A DNA stretch of 64,000 nt from an uncultured Collinsella sp. (GTDB lineage: Bacteria > Actinomycetota > Coriobacteriia > Coriobacteriales > Coriobacteriaceae), in assembly GCA_938011935.1 (NCBI GenBank), contig CALLSU010000069.1, positions 7,106 through 71,105 of the forward strand, given 5' to 3'. A program made the translations under genes and the position numbers. Of this stretch, positions 42,827 to 53,532 are shown piece after piece (position 1 is the first letter of the stretch; the number at the start of each line of letters is the position of its first letter). The notes beneath the pieces were generated by a model, which was given only the letters and a program-made list of their open reading frames with translations, did no database searches and was not told the origin of the DNA.

Positions 42827-43231
42827 TTACACGCGGCGACGCTTCTTGGGGCGGCAGCCGTTGTGCGGAATGGGCGTCTTGTCCTGGATGCTCGAGACCT
42901 CGAGGCCAGCAGCCTGGAGGGAGCGGATGGCGGTCTCACGACCGGAGCCGGGGCCCTTGACGAAGACGGAAACCTTCTTCATACCGTGCTCCATGGCCTG
43001 CTTGGCAGCAGCCTCGGCAGCCATCTGGGCAGCGAACGGCGTGGACTTACGGGAGCCCTTGAAGCCCACCTGGCCAGCCGACTTCCAGGAAATGACGTTG
43101 CCCTGGGGATCGGTGATCGAAACGATCGTGTTATTGAACGTAGAACGAATGTGAGCCTGGCCCACGGAAATGTTCTTACGGTCCGCGCGCTTCAGACGGG
43201 CAGCGCGAACGTTCTTCTTAGCAGTAGCCAT
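42827..43231 (-). CDS. rpsK: 30S ribosomal protein S11
   Basis: [26 protein letters not shown]. Confidence 0.97.
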   Translation of the reverse strand: MATAKKNVRAARLKRADRKNISVGQAHIRSTFNNTIVSITDPQGNVISWKSAGQVGFKGSRKSTPFAAQMAAEAAAKQAMEHGMKKVSVFVKGPGSGRETAIRSLQAAGLEVSSIQDKTPIPHNGCRPKKRRRV

Positions 43232-43245
43232 CTATCTAGCGCTCC

Positions 43246-43620
43246 TTATTTCTTCTTCTTAGCACCGATCTGACGCTTCGGGCCCTTGCGGGTACGAGCG
43301 TTAGTGTGGGTGCGCTGGCCGCGGACCGGGAGGCCCTTGCGGTGACGAAGGCCGCGGTTGCAGCCGATGTCCATAAGGCGCTTGACGTTCTGGTTGCGCT
43401 CACGGCGGAGGTCGCCCTCAACCATGATCTGATTCTTATCGATATAATCGCGGATGGCGTTAACCTCATCCTCGGTGAGGTCCTTAACGCGCGTATCCAC
43501 GTTAACGTTGCACTCGACGCAAATCTTCGTCGCAGTGGTGCGGCCGATGCCGTAAATGTAGGTCAGACCGATCTCAACGCGCTTCTCACGCGGGAGGTCG
43601 ACACCATTAATACGGGCCAA
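43246..43620 (-). CDS. rpsM: 30S ribosomal protein S13
   Basis: [31 protein letters not shown]. Confidence 0.97.
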   Translation of the reverse strand: MARINGVDLPREKRVEIGLTYIYGIGRTTATKICVECNVNVDTRVKDLTEDEVNAIRDYIDKNQIMVEGDLRRERNQNVKRLMDIGCNRGLRHRKGLPVRGQRTHTNARTRKGPKRQIGAKKKK

Positions 43621-43634
43621 CGTAGTCTCCTCTC

Positions 43635-43748
43635 TTAACCCTGACGCTGCTTATGACGGGGGTTCTCGCAAATGACGAGGACCTTGCCATGGCGCCTAAT
43701 GATTTTGCACTTATCGCACATCTTCTTGACCGAAGGACGTACCTTCAT
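43635..43748 (-). CDS. rpmJ: 50S ribosomal protein L36 (not in the ORF track, 37 aa)
   Basis: Manual translation [37 protein letters not shown]. Confidence 0.95.
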   Translation of the reverse strand: MKVRPSVKKMCDKCKIIRRHGKVLVICENPRHKQRQG

Positions 43749-43895
43749 CGTTCTTCCTTTCGGTAGCGCTCAAACTACTTCCCTACTATCTACTCGCCCA
43801 GCCGCAGGCGTTTAAAACTATGGCTGGTCTTCACACGCAAACCGACCGTAGGTTGAGCTAAGCCTGCAGTCGGAAAAGAGCGTATATGCGTGCCG

Positions 43896-44114
43896 CTATT
43901 TATAGCGATAGGTGATGCGGCCGCGGGTCAGGTCGTACGGGGAAAGCTCCACGACAACCCTGTCACCGGGGAGAATGCGGATGTAATTCATTCGGATCTT
44001 GCCAGAAATGTTGCACAGAACCGAATGACCGTTCTCGAGCTCAACCTTAAACATGGCGTTGGGCAGCGGCTCCTTTACCGTACCCTCGAGCTCAATTGCG
44101 TCTTCCTTCTTCAC
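43896..44114 (-). CDS. infA: Translation initiation factor IF-1
   Basis: [43 protein letters not shown] start gives 72 aa. Confidence 0.96.
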   Translation of the reverse strand: MKKEDAIELEGTVKEPLPNAMFKVELENGHSVLCNISGKIRMNYIRILPGDRVVVELSPYDLTRGRITYRYK

Positions 44115-44257
44115 AAGCAATCATCTTTCTCTAGAAAACGACAGCGATTGAGTATTCTACAATACGCATGCACGTATCGTAATATCTTCGTAATGGCTCC
44201 ACATCTAAGTGGAACTTGTTACATTTGAAATGTTAAGGCGCGCATTTGACGCAAGCC

Positions 44258-45046
44258 CTACATTTCTCCGCCTTGCAATGAGCACCAAGCACCTTGGGCA
44301 TCGGTGGTAAGAATCACCGGACCGTCATTGGTAATGGCGACGGTGTTCTCGTAGTGCGCGGCGGGCAGGTGGTCGTTGGTCGTAACGATCCAACCATCGG
44401 AGCCTGTGCTCACATGATTGGAACCCATCGTAACCATCGGCTCGATGGCGATGACCATACCAGCCTGAAGGCGAACGCCTCTCCCCTTCTTTCCATAATT
44501 TGGTACGTTGGGGTCCTCGTGCATCACGCGGCCGATACCATGCCCCACGTAATCGCGAAGCACGCCGTAACCGTGAGACTCGGCGAGGGACTGAACAGCA
44601 TACCCGACGTCCCCGATATGGTTACCGGGAACAGCCTGCTCGATGGCAGCCTTTAGGCAATCGCGCGTAACCTCGCACAAGGCTTTGGCCTCGGGCGTGG
44701 GCGTGCCGACAAAAAACGTCCAGGCATTATCGCCGACCCAACCGTCGACAATGGCTCCCATGTCGATGGAGATGATATCGCCATCGCGCAGGATCATGTC
44801 GGGATTGGGAATACCGTGGACCACGGCATCGTTGATCGATGCGCAAATGGTTCCGGGGAACCCACCGTAGCCCTTAAAGGCCGGGGTGCCGCCATGCATG
44901 CGGATAATCTGCTCGGCAAGCTGATCGAGTTCGAAGGTTGACACGCCGGGGCGAACCATGGCTCCAACGTGGCGGAGCGCCATCTTAGATAGCGCTCCTG
45001 CCTTCTTCATCTGCTCAATTTGCGTTGCAGACTTAATCTTGATCAT
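44258..45046 (-). CDS. map: Methionine aminopeptidase type I
   Basis: SIND.VVHGIP, GHGIG..MHEDP, AIEPM, AAHYENT. Confidence 0.95.
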   Translation of the reverse strand: MIKIKSATQIEQMKKAGALSKMALRHVGAMVRPGVSTFELDQLAEQIIRMHGGTPAFKGYGGFPGTICASINDAVVHGIPNPDMILRDGDIISIDMGAIVDGWVGDNAWTFFVGTPTPEAKALCEVTRDCLKAAIEQAVPGNHIGDVGYAVQSLAESHGYGVLRDYVGHGIGRVMHEDPNVPNYGKKGRGVRLQAGMVIAIEPMVTMGSNHVSTGSDGWIVTTNDHLPAAHYENTVAITNDGPVILTTDAQGAWCSLQGGEM

Positions 45047-45669
45047 AGACCGAGAGCCTCTTTGACATCCCCGTACACGGTCTCGCGAGCCTGGTCACCG
45101 TTGACCGACTTGAGCAGACCCTGGCCACGATAGTAGTCGACGAGCGGGCTCGTGGACTTCTCGTAGACGTCGAGACGGTTCTTGATGGTCTCGGGCTTGT
45201 CGTCGTCGCGCTGATACATCTCGCCGCCGCACTTGGGGCAGGTGGCATCGGCAGCGGTGCCGGTGTAACCGCACGCGCGGCAGGTGCGACGCGAAGACAG
45301 ACGATCGATGATGACCTCGGGGGCCACATCGACCAGAAGGGCGCAGTCGATCTCGCGACCCATGGCGGAGAGCTCGGAATCGAGCGTCACGGCCTGGGCG
45401 GTGTTGCGCGGGAAGCCGTCGAGGATGAAGCCCTGCTGGGCGTCATCGGCGGCAAGGCGCTCCTTGACAAGGTCGATCACGAGCTGGTCGGGAACGAGCT
45501 CGCCAGCGTCCATGTACTTCTTAGCCTGAATACCAAGCTCGGTGCCACCCTTGACGGCGGCACGCAGCAGGTCGCCCGTGGAAATGTGAGCGACGCCAAA
45601 CTCGGCGACGAGCTCCTGTGCGACAGTGCCCTTACCGGCACCCGGAGCTCCGAGCAATACGAGGTTCAT
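45043..45669 (-). CDS. adk: Adenylate kinase
   Basis: GAPGAGKGT, HISTGDLLR, LDGFPR, Cys4 lid. Confidence 0.96.
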   Translation of the reverse strand: MNLVLLGAPGAGKGTVAQELVAEFGVAHISTGDLLRAAVKGGTELGIQAKKYMDAGELVPDQLVIDLVKERLAADDAQQGFILDGFPRNTAQAVTLDSELSAMGREIDCALLVDVAPEVIIDRLSSRRTCRACGYTGTAADATCPKCGGEMYQRDDDKPETIKNRLDVYEKSTSPLVDYYRGQGLLKSVNGDQARETVYGDVKEALGL

Positions 45670-45687
45670 GAGCAATCCTCCTCTAGC

Positions 45688-46974
45688 CTATTTAAAGAAT
45701 CCATCGTAATCATACATCTTGATCTGGCCTTCGAGCTTATCGACCGTGTCGAGCACGACGCCGACCATGATGAGGATGGACGTGCCGCCAAATGCCTGGA
45801 TCAGATGGTTACCCGTGAAGGAGAAGATGATCGAAGGCACGATGGCGATGAGCGCCAAAAAGACAGCGCTGGGAAGCGTGATCTTGTTGAGCGCGTTCTT
45901 GATGTAGGCCGCGGTAGCCCTACCCGGACGGACGCCCGGAATAAAGCCACCCTGCTTCTTAAGGTTGTCGGCCGTGTCATCGGGGTTGAACACCATGGAG
46001 GTGTAGAAGTACGCGAAGAACACGATAAGGACAACGTTAAGCACCCAGTTGAGCCAACCGGTCGAAAGCGCAGAGGCAACTGCCTGAATCCAGCCGATGC
46101 CGGGGAAGAACACGGCAATCTGAGCCGGGAAGTACAGCAGCGCCGAAGCGAAGATGATCGGCACGACGCCCGCGGTGTTGACCTTGATGGGCAGGTAGGT
46201 GGTCTGGCCACCCATCATGCGACGGCCCACGACACGCTTGGCATAGGAGACCGGGATGCGGCGCTGGCCGCGCTCAAGGAAAACAATCAGCGGGATAACC
46301 AGCAGGATGATGGCGCAGATGATCACCATGGTGATGATGCCACCGGCATTACCCTCGGTGCTGGAGAAGATAGCCTGCGGAAGGCCGGCCATGATGTTCG
46401 CAAAGATGATCAGCGACATGCCATTGCCGATACCGCGCTGGGTGATGAGCTCACCAATCCACATGATCAGCATAGCGCCTGCGGTGAGCGTACCGACGAT
46501 CATGAGGTCGAAGATGATCTCGGGAGCGCCGGCGCCATTGAAGCTGATGCCGAAGCTCTTAAAGAGGAAGAGGTAACCCACGGAGTTGAGGATTGCCAGA
46601 GCCAGGGTGAGGTAACGCGAATACTGCGTAATCTTGGTCTGACCGACCTCGCCCTCGCGGGCAAGCTCATGCAGGGAAGGCACGACGGCCTGGAGCATCT
46701 GGAGGATGATCGAGCTGGTGATGTAAGGCATGATGCCCAGCGAAAACACCGACACATAGCTCAACGCGCCGCCAGAGAAAAGATTCAGGAGGGCCATAGC
46801 ACCTGCGGCGACCGAATTGTTATCGGTCGAGAAAAGGCCCAGCATCCCCTGGAAGGGAATGCCGGGCACAGGAACGTGCGCACCAATGCGGTACACGACG
46901 AGCATAGCTATGGTAAAAAGAATCTTTTCGCGCAATTCTTTGATGCGGAAAGCATTCTTAAGACCATTTAGCAC
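45688..46974 (-). CDS. secY: Preprotein translocase SecY
   Basis: [34 protein letters not shown]. Confidence 0.97.
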   Translation of the reverse strand: MLNGLKNAFRIKELREKILFTIAMLVVYRIGAHVPVPGIPFQGMLGLFSTDNNSVAAGAMALLNLFSGGALSYVSVFSLGIMPYITSSIILQMLQAVVPSLHELAREGEVGQTKITQYSRYLTLALAILNSVGYLFLFKSFGISFNGAGAPEIIFDLMIVGTLTAGAMLIMWIGELITQRGIGNGMSLIIFANIMAGLPQAIFSSTEGNAGGIITMVIICAIILLVIPLIVFLERGQRRIPVSYAKRVVGRRMMGGQTTYLPIKVNTAGVVPIIFASALLYFPAQIAVFFPGIGWIQAVASALSTGWLNWVLNVVLIVFFAYFYTSMVFNPDDTADNLKKQGGFIPGVRPGRATAAYIKNALNKITLPSAVFLALIAIVPSIIFSFTGNHLIQAFGGTSILIMVGVVLDTVDKLEGQIKMYDYDGFFK

Positions 46975-47417
46975 GGCAGCTCGACCTTTCCGCCGGCGGC
47001 CTCGATCTTGGCCTGCGCAGAAGCGCTGACCTTGTCGACCTTGACCGTGAACTTCTTGGTGAGCTCACCATTGCCGAGCACCTTGACGGGCTCGAACTCG
47101 CTCTTGGTGATGCGAGCGGCCTTAAGAGCGGCACCGTCGATCACAGCGCCGTCCTCGAACTTACGCTCGAGACGCTCAACGTTAACAGCGGTGTACTCGA
47201 TACGACGGGGGTTGCGGAAGCCCGGAAGCTTGGGCAGGCGCATAGCCAGCGGAGTCTGGCCACCCTCGAAGCCGGCACCCTTGGTGCCGCCAGAGCGAGA
47301 GCCCTGGCCCTTCTGGCCGCGGCCAGAAGTGGTGCCGTGACCCGAAGAATTGCCACGGCCGACACGCTTGCGGTTCTTGGTGGAACCGGGCGCGGGAGTA
47401 AGATCGTGAAGCTGCAT
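46968..47417 (-). CDS. rplO: 50S ribosomal protein L15
   Basis: RVGRG, GRGQKGQ, FEGGQ.PL..RLPK. Confidence 0.96.
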   Translation of the reverse strand: MQLHDLTPAPGSTKNRKRVGRGNSSGHGTTSGRGQKGQGSRSGGTKGAGFEGGQTPLAMRLPKLPGFRNPRRIEYTAVNVERLERKFEDGAVIDGAALKAARITKSEFEPVKVLGNGELTKKFTVKVDKVSASAQAKIEAAGGKVELPC

Positions 47418-47420
47418 TTG

Positions 47421-47603
47421 CTACTCCTCTACAATCTCGACAAGGTGCTTGACCTTGAAGATCATGCCGCGGACGGACTCGTTGTCAGCAATCTCGCGAA
47501 CCTCGCGGATCCTGTGGAGACCGAGGGCACGGACAGTACGGACCTGGTCCTGCTTGCAACCGTTGGTGCTGCGGACCTGCTTGATCTTGATGGTGTCAGC
47601 CAT
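47421..47603 (-). CDS. rpmD: 50S ribosomal protein L30
   Basis: IKQVRS, ALGL, RGMI.KV.HL; position in the spc operon. Confidence 0.93.
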   Translation of the reverse strand: MADTIKIKQVRSTNGCKQDQVRTVRALGLHRIREVREIADNESVRGMIFKVKHLVEIVEE

Positions 47604-47605
47604 GC

Positions 47606-48130
47606 TTAGTTCTCCTTACCGACGAACATCTCGGAGACCGTCAGGCCACGGCGAGCCGCGACGTCCTCAGGGCTGGAGAGCTCCTTGAGGCCCTCGACGG
47701 CAGCCTTGATGATGTTGAGGCCGTTGTCGGTACCGAGGGACTTGGACAGGACGTTCTTGATGCCAGCAAGCTCGAAGAGGGGACGCACAGCGCCGCCGGC
47801 GATAACGCCGGTACCCTCGACAGCGGGCTTGATGATGATGCGGCCGGCACCAAAGTGGCCGAGAACCTCGTGCGGAATGGTGCCCTGCTCGGTCACCGGC
47901 ACGTGGAACATGTTCTTCTTGGCATCGAGAGACGCCTTGGAGATGGCCAGGGGCACCTCAGCGGACTTGCCCATGCCAACGCCGACGTTGCCCTTGCCGT
48001 CGCCAACGACGACGAGAGCGACGAGGCTCATGCGACGACCACCCTTGACGGTCTTCGACACGCGGTTGATGTAAACGACGCGCTCCTCGAACTCGGAGGC
48101 CTCGCGCTGCTGCTTCTGATTACGAGCCAT
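47606..48130 (-). CDS. rpsE: 30S ribosomal protein S5
   Basis: [20 protein letters not shown]. Confidence 0.96.
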   Translation of the reverse strand: MARNQKQQREASEFEERVVYINRVSKTVKGGRRMSLVALVVVGDGKGNVGVGMGKSAEVPLAISKASLDAKKNMFHVPVTEQGTIPHEVLGHFGAGRIIIKPAVEGTGVIAGGAVRPLFELAGIKNVLSKSLGTDNGLNIIKAAVEGLKELSSPEDVAARRGLTVSEMFVGKEN

Positions 48131-48144
48131 GTGCTACATACCTC

Positions 48145-48513
48145 CTAGAACTCGAGACCGGCGGCACGAGCACCGTCGGCGAGGGCCTTGACGCGGCCAT
48201 GGTAGATACGGCCACCGCGATCGAAGGCGACCTTGGTGATGCCGGCCTCGATGGCACGCTTGCCAACGAGCTGACCGACCTTCTCCGCAGCCTCCTTGTT
48301 CGAGGTGTGGGTGCCCTTGAACTCGGCCTCAAGGGTCGAGGCAGAGACGAGCGTCAGGCTGGAGCCCTTGCTGTCGTCGATGATCTGGGCATAGATGTTG
48401 GCGTTAGTACGGGTCACGCGAAGACGCGGACGCTCGGAAGTACCCGAGACCTTGCCGCGAACACGACGCTGACGACGCTTGAGGCCTTCCAGCTTCGCCT
48501 TATGCTTGTTCAT
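48145..48513 (-). CDS. rplR: 50S ribosomal protein L18
   Basis: [22 protein letters not shown]. Confidence 0.96.
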   Translation of the reverse strand: MNKHKAKLEGLKRRQRRVRGKVSGTSERPRLRVTRTNANIYAQIIDDSKGSSLTLVSASTLEAEFKGTHTSNKEAAEKVGQLVGKRAIEAGITKVAFDRGGRIYHGRVKALADGARAAGLEF

Positions 48514-48588
48514 ACGTAAACTCCTAAAAAGGTTGATCTTGCCAGCACCTGACGGGGTGCTGGTCTTATGCGAGTGAGTCGGTTACGA

Positions 48589-49125
48589 CTACTTGGCGGC
48601 CTTACCCAGCTTGCGGCGGATGTGCTCGCCAACGTAGTGGATACCCTTGCCCTTGTAAGGCTCGGGAGGACGATGACCGCGGATCTCAGCGGCGATCTGA
48701 CCGACCTGCTGCTTGTTGATACCCTTGACGTTCACGTGGGTGTTATCGGGAACCTCGAAAGTGATGCCCTCGGGAGCCTCGACGATCACGGGGTGCGAGA
48801 AACCCAGGGAGAACTCGAGGTTCTTACCCTTCTGCTGCACGCGGTAACCGACGCCGGCGAGCTCGAGCTTCTTCTCGAAGCCCTCGGAAACGCCAACAAC
48901 CATGTTGTGGATGAGGGCGCGGGTGAGGCCGTGGCGGGCACGGGTCTCACGCTCGTCGTCGGGACGGGAAACGGTGAGGACGTTGTCCTCGACGTTGATA
49001 GCGAGCTTCTCATAGATATCGAGCTCGAGCTGGCCCTTGGGGCCCTTGACGACAATGTTGTTGCCGTTGACTGCCACTTCGACTCCGGCGGGAATCTGGA
49101 CAGGCTTATTACCGATACGAGACAC
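48589..49125 (-). CDS. rplF: 50S ribosomal protein L6
   Basis: SRIG, GVGYR, LGFSHP, PEPYKGKG. Confidence 0.96.
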   Translation of the reverse strand: MSRIGNKPVQIPAGVEVAVNGNNIVVKGPKGQLELDIYEKLAINVEDNVLTVSRPDDERETRARHGLTRALIHNMVVGVSEGFEKKLELAGVGYRVQQKGKNLEFSLGFSHPVIVEAPEGITFEVPDNTHVNVKGINKQQVGQIAAEIRGHRPPEPYKGKGIHYVGEHIRRKLGKAAK

Positions 49126-49158
49126 GGTGATCTCCTTTCCTTCTACCTACCGAGCGAA

Positions 49159-49557
49159 TTACCAGACGTAAGCGATGATCTCGCCGCCGACGTTGTGCTT
49201 GCGAGCATCGCGGTCGGTCATGACGCCATGGCTGGTGGAAATAATGGCGGTACCAAGGCCACCGCGGACGCGGGGCATGTCGGCAACGCCGGTGTACTTA
49301 CGCAGGCCCGGCTTGGAAATGCGGCGGATGCCGTTGATGACCTTAGCCTTCTTGGGACCATACTTAAGCGTGATGTGCAGAGTCTTCTGGGGAACGGTGT
49401 CCTCGACATCGTAGCCCTCGATGTAGCCCTCCTCGTGCAGAACACGAGCGATCTCGACGAGCTTCTTGCTGCTCGGCATGGAGACCGTGGCCTTGTTCAC
49501 AGAGTTAGCGTTACGGATGCGCGTAAGCATATCTGCGATCGGGTCTGTAAGGTTCAT
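49159..49557 (-). CDS. rpsH: 30S ribosomal protein S8
   Basis: [22 protein letters not shown]. Confidence 0.96.
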   Translation of the reverse strand: MNLTDPIADMLTRIRNANSVNKATVSMPSSKKLVEIARVLHEEGYIEGYDVEDTVPQKTLHITLKYGPKKAKVINGIRRISKPGLRKYTGVADMPRVRGGLGTAIISTSHGVMTDRDARKHNVGGEIIAYVW

Positions 49558-49676
49558 ACAGATTCTCCTTCGTTCTTGATGAACACGTGCTCTTGGTTCT
49601 TCGCCGCCCTTAACGGCAAAGCCTAACTAGCGCGTTTTCCCTGTTCCAAACGGATGCTTGAAACGCTGGTAGTGAC

Positions 49677-49862
49677 TTACCAGCTGGCCTTCTTAACGCC
49701 GGGAAGCTCGCCCTTGAGTGCAAGCTCGCGGAAGCAGACACGGCACAGGCCGAACTTGCGGTACACAGAGTGCGGACGGCCGCAGCGCTGGCAGCGCGTG
49801 TACTCACGAGTAGAGAACTTCTGCTTGCGATTGCACTTGACGATCATCGATGTCTTAGCCAC
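49677..49862 (-). CDS. rpsN: 30S ribosomal protein S14 type Z (zinc-binding)
   Basis: 61 aa; [23 protein letters not shown]. Confidence 0.95.
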   Translation of the reverse strand: MAKTSMIVKCNRKQKFSTREYTRCQRCGRPHSVYRKFGLCRVCFRELALKGELPGVKKASW

Positions 49863-49941
49863 TTATATCCTCCTCACATAGAGTATTGTTCGCCCCAAGC
49901 GCCGCCCCCTTCTGGGAACGGCGCTCATAGGGCAGGTGAAC

Positions 49942-50499
49942 CTATTTCTTGAACGGGAAACCGAAGGCGTCCAGAAGGGCCTTGGCCTCCTCATCGGTAT
50001 TGGCGGTGGTCACGAAAGTGATGTCCATACCACGCTGGTGATCGACAGAGTCGAAGTCGATCTCGGGGAAGATGAGCTGCTCGGTGACGCCCATGGAGAA
50101 GTTACCACGGCCGTCGAAGCTCTTGGCGGAGATGCCGCGGAAGTCGCGGATACGGGGAATCGCGACGGAGGTCAGACGATCGAAGAACTCCCACATACGG
50201 TCGCCACGCAGGGTAACCTTGCAGCCGATCGGCATACCAGCGCGCAGGCGGAAGGTAGCGATGGACTTGCGGGCACGGGTGATCATCGGCTGCTGGCCGG
50301 TGATGGCGCGCAGGTCGCGCACGGCACCGTCGATGGCCTTGGAATCGGTAGCGGCCTCGCCGACACCCATGTTCACGACGATCTTCTCAAACTTGGGGAT
50401 CATCATGACGTTCTCGTACTGGAACTTGTCCTGAAGCTGCTGCTTGACCTCGTTGTTGTACTTGGTCTTCAGACGCGGCACATACTTCTCTTCTGCCAT
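49942..50499 (-). CDS. rplE: 50S ribosomal protein L5
   Basis: [28 protein letters not shown]. Confidence 0.97.
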   Translation of the reverse strand: MAEEKYVPRLKTKYNNEVKQQLQDKFQYENVMMIPKFEKIVVNMGVGEAATDSKAIDGAVRDLRAITGQQPMITRARKSIATFRLRAGMPIGCKVTLRGDRMWEFFDRLTSVAIPRIRDFRGISAKSFDGRGNFSMGVTEQLIFPEIDFDSVDHQRGMDITFVTTANTDEEAKALLDAFGFPFKK

Positions 50500-50642
50500 T
50501 GTTCACTCCTTCTTGGGGTTTTAAGCACGGGGCGTGGCCACGATGGGTTGTCCTCGTGCCTCCTGGCTGCATCCGCGCCGCTCATGGCATTTCGCGGTTT
50601 GGACTCGACGCAGCAGGAGCCGACAAAACAATCGGTACTATA
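50500..50642 (-). promoter_or_regulatory. Candidate rplE promoter (-10 TATAGT) and structured 5' leader
   Basis: TATAGT at 50637-50642; long stem CTCCTGCTGCGTC/GATGCAGCCAGGAG; AAGGAG RBS. Confidence 0.5.
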
Positions 50643-50824
50643 CGCGCATCGGGAGCGTATTTCCAGAAAAACCTCGTCTGCCTGCACAACTCCACAACTC
50701 CCCCGCACATATTGATCCCTAGGGGACGGAGGAAAATGGCAGTTGCGGTGAAATAGGGACCGTTTGGCGGCCTAACAGGCTTAAACAGTCCGTATTCCAC
50801 CGCAACTTATTGATGGGGATGCGA

Positions 50825-51868
50825 CTAGCGCTTGCGGGGGACGAGCTTGGTGCGGCGCAGGTGGATCATCTCGGCGGCGATGGAGATAGCGATCTCCTCG
50901 GGGTCCTCGGCCTCGATGGAAACGCCGATCGGCAGGTGCAGCTCGTCGATCTGCTCCTGCGTAAAGCCCTCCTGCTCCAGGCGGGCGCGCACAAAGGCCG
51001 TCTTACGGCGCGAACCCAAGCAGCCCAGATAGGCGGGTTTGGCGCGCATGGCCTGAATCACCACGTCGATATCGGACTTGTGACCCGCCGTGGCGACGAC
51101 CACCAGGTCGCGCGGGCCGATGGGGCACTGCTTGCTCAGGTTCTTGTAGTCGACCAGACGACGGTCGTAGACACCTGGCACCCATTCGGGGGTCAGCGTG
51201 CCGGGGCGGTCGTCGCAAGCCACGACGGCAAAGCCCGCCGCCGTGAGCACCCGCGCCGTCGCAGCACCCACGTGGCCGCAGCCAAAGATATAGGCCAGGC
51301 CCTCGGGGCAGAGTGTCTCGATGTGCGCCGGGGGAATCTCGGAGGCCGCGTTGGTGTAGGTGACCTTACTCCCCTCCTCCACCAGCGAAAGCCCGGGGCA
51401 GCCCGCAATGGTGCGGCGCGATTCCTCGCCATGGTACTTGGCCACATCGCCCTCGAGCGCGCTCGCGATAAACGGCTCAAAGTCGATGACGAAGTCGCCG
51501 ATGCGCCGATAGGCCAAGACGTCGGCGATTTCCTGGAACAACGGTGCCCGAGTCGCATCCAAATGCAGGTAGCACAGGCAGATGGCACCGCCGCAGATCA
51601 TGCCGGTATCGGAGTTCTCGCCGCCCATGGTGTAGCGGACCAGACGCGACTGTCCCGCGCTCAGGAGCTCGCGCGCCTCATCCAGCGCAAAGAGCTCAAT
51701 CTTGCCGCCGCCGATGGTGCCCGCTTGGCTGCCATCGGCAAAGACGGCCATCCAGGCGCCCACGCCGCGCGGCGACGACCCTGCCGTGCCGGCCACGACC
51801 ACCAGCTCGCACGTCTTACCAGCACGCAGGGTGGCAAGCGCCGCATTCACAACATCGAGCTTTTCCAT
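50825..51868 (-). CDS. xdhC: XdhC/CoxI-family molybdenum hydroxylase accessory protein
   Basis: GSSPR, GTIGGG, GMICGG, FGCGHV, DDR, YLGCLGSRRK, PIG..I.A..PEEIAISI. Confidence 0.88.
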   Translation of the reverse strand: MEKLDVVNAALATLRAGKTCELVVVAGTAGSSPRGVGAWMAVFADGSQAGTIGGGKIELFALDEARELLSAGQSRLVRYTMGGENSDTGMICGGAICLCYLHLDATRAPLFQEIADVLAYRRIGDFVIDFEPFIASALEGDVAKYHGEESRRTIAGCPGLSLVEEGSKVTYTNAASEIPPAHIETLCPEGLAYIFGCGHVGAATARVLTAAGFAVVACDDRPGTLTPEWVPGVYDRRLVDYKNLSKQCPIGPRDLVVVATAGHKSDIDVVIQAMRAKPAYLGCLGSRRKTAFVRARLEQEGFTQEQIDELHLPIGVSIEAEDPEEIAISIAAEMIHLRRTKLVPRKR

Positions 51869-51877
51869 TGCCGCCTT

Positions 51878-52672
51878 CTATCCTCTAAAGACATCGGTGA
51901 GCATAGCGAGTGCCTCGAGCACGCCACCGCCGACCGACGTCGCTTTGTCCGAAATGTAGTTGATATAGCTGGCATCGCCGCGCGGATCGACATCGGCGCA
52001 TTTAAAGCCCTCAGTCACCTGCACGCCGTTCGCCAAAAGCCCGCGCAGACAGCCATCGATCTGCGTACACATGGGCGTATCGCCCGCGTAGCCAATCACG
52101 TCGCCGGCGCTCACGATGTCGCCGATTGCGCGGTCGGACCGAAACACGCCGTCGGCGGGGCTGTGGATAACGCGCTCCTTGCCATAGCCAGCGATAAAGC
52201 CCGGCACACCCGTGTTGGGCTGCGGCGAACCTTGGGTAATGACACGGCCGAGAAAATGCCCGCGCATGGTCTCGACCACGGCGTCACAGTCAACCGGCGC
52301 GGTAAAGCCCGGCCCCACGGCGATGACGGCAGGCGCCATGTCGCGCGTGGTGCTCAGGTTGCGCTTGGCCAAAATCGCGTCGACCACAGCCGCGGGTTTA
52401 AGCTCATCAAGCATCTTGGCCTGAGGGTCCACCACGACGGCAACATCCCCCGCTTGGGTAATCTCGAGCGCCTCAGCCGGCGTCCGTGCCAAGCGAGCGC
52501 GAATGCCTTCGACCTCGACCTCGCCCAGGCGAATGGCCTCGCAAAAACTGATTGTGCGGCGGATGCACGTGGGAACCGCGATATCGGCCATAACGACCGA
52601 CACGCCGGCGCGAACCAAACGAGCGGCGACGCCCGTGGCGATATCGCCAGCGCCGCGAACATAAACGAGCAT
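51878..52672 (-). CDS. yqeB: Selenium-dependent molybdenum hydroxylase system protein, YqeB family
   Basis: VRGAGDIATG, IRRTISF, VDAILAKRN, GPGF, ETMRGH.LGR, DVDPR, SDKA..VGGGVLEA. Confidence 0.88.
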   Translation of the reverse strand: MLVYVRGAGDIATGVAARLVRAGVSVVMADIAVPTCIRRTISFCEAIRLGEVEVEGIRARLARTPAEALEITQAGDVAVVVDPQAKMLDELKPAAVVDAILAKRNLSTTRDMAPAVIAVGPGFTAPVDCDAVVETMRGHFLGRVITQGSPQPNTGVPGFIAGYGKERVIHSPADGVFRSDRAIGDIVSAGDVIGYAGDTPMCTQIDGCLRGLLANGVQVTEGFKCADVDPRGDASYINYISDKATSVGGGVLEALAMLTDVFRG

Positions 52673-52774
52673 TCCCGGGGCACCTCCCTGTGCTACGGTT
52701 TGAGCAGAGCAAAAGCGGTTCGACCGCTACTCTGATGATTATTTATTATCACAGTATTATACGGCGGTGAACAG

Positions 52775-53512
52775 ATGGAAACGACGAGTGGAAACCTTGC
52801 CTCCGCGCTCAAGATCGAGCCAGGCATTACCGCGATTATCGGCAGCGGCGGCAAGTCGACGTTGCTGAAGATGCTGGGTCTCGAGCTCATACGCGGCGGC
52901 GGGCGCGTGCTCCTCTGCACCACCACGCACATGTTTCCCGTCGCAGGCGTGCCATGGGACGGGTCGAGCCGTCGCCTGGACGCCGCGCCTTGGAAGCCGG
53001 ACGCCGCACATGTCCCCGGTTGCACTTGCGAGGCCTGCGCGGGCCTTGCGCGCGGAAGCATCTGCCAGGCAGGCGTCTTGAACCCCCAGACGGGCAAGCT
53101 CTCCGCCCCCGCCGAGCCGCTCGGCGAGCTGGCACAGTGCTTTGACTACGTCCTGGCCGAGGCGGACGGCAGCAAGCGGCTCCCGCTCAAGGCCCACGCC
53201 GCCTGGGAGCCGGTCGTTCCCGCCGGCACGGCAAACGTCGTCTGGGTCGTCGGCGCCTCGGGGCTGGGCAAGCCCGTCGCCGAGGTTGTCCACCGCCCCG
53301 AGGTCTTCTGCGAGCGCTGCGGCTGCGAGCCCACCGACGCTGCCACCCCAGAGCGCGTCGCCCAGGTGCTCAATGCCGAGCTGCAGATGCTGAACCTCAA
53401 CAATGCCCACATCATGCTCAACCAAGTCGACACGCTTGCCGATCCAACGATGGCAGATCGCTTCGAGGCAGCCCTCGGCCGCCCCCTCATCGCCACCAGC
53501 CTCCAGGGATAG
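52775..53512 (+). CDS. yqeC: Selenium cofactor accessory protein, YqeC family
   Basis: IGSGGKST, TTTH, EADGSKRLPLKAH..EPV. Confidence 0.88.
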   Translation: METTSGNLASALKIEPGITAIIGSGGKSTLLKMLGLELIRGGGRVLLCTTTHMFPVAGVPWDGSSRRLDAAPWKPDAAHVPGCTCEACAGLARGSICQAGVLNPQTGKLSAPAEPLGELAQCFDYVLAEADGSKRLPLKAHAAWEPVVPAGTANVVWVVGASGLGKPVAEVVHRPEVFCERCGCEPTDAATPERVAQVLNAELQMLNLNNAHIMLNQVDTLADPTMADRFEAALGRPLIATSLQG

Positions 53513-53532
53513 CTAATTTGGCGGCCTTCCTG

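Noticed and set aside
52733..52751. Fur-like AT-rich palindrome between yqeB and yqeC
   Set aside because: Spacing does not fit the 7-1-7 consensus, and it is explainable as overlapping divergent promoter elements
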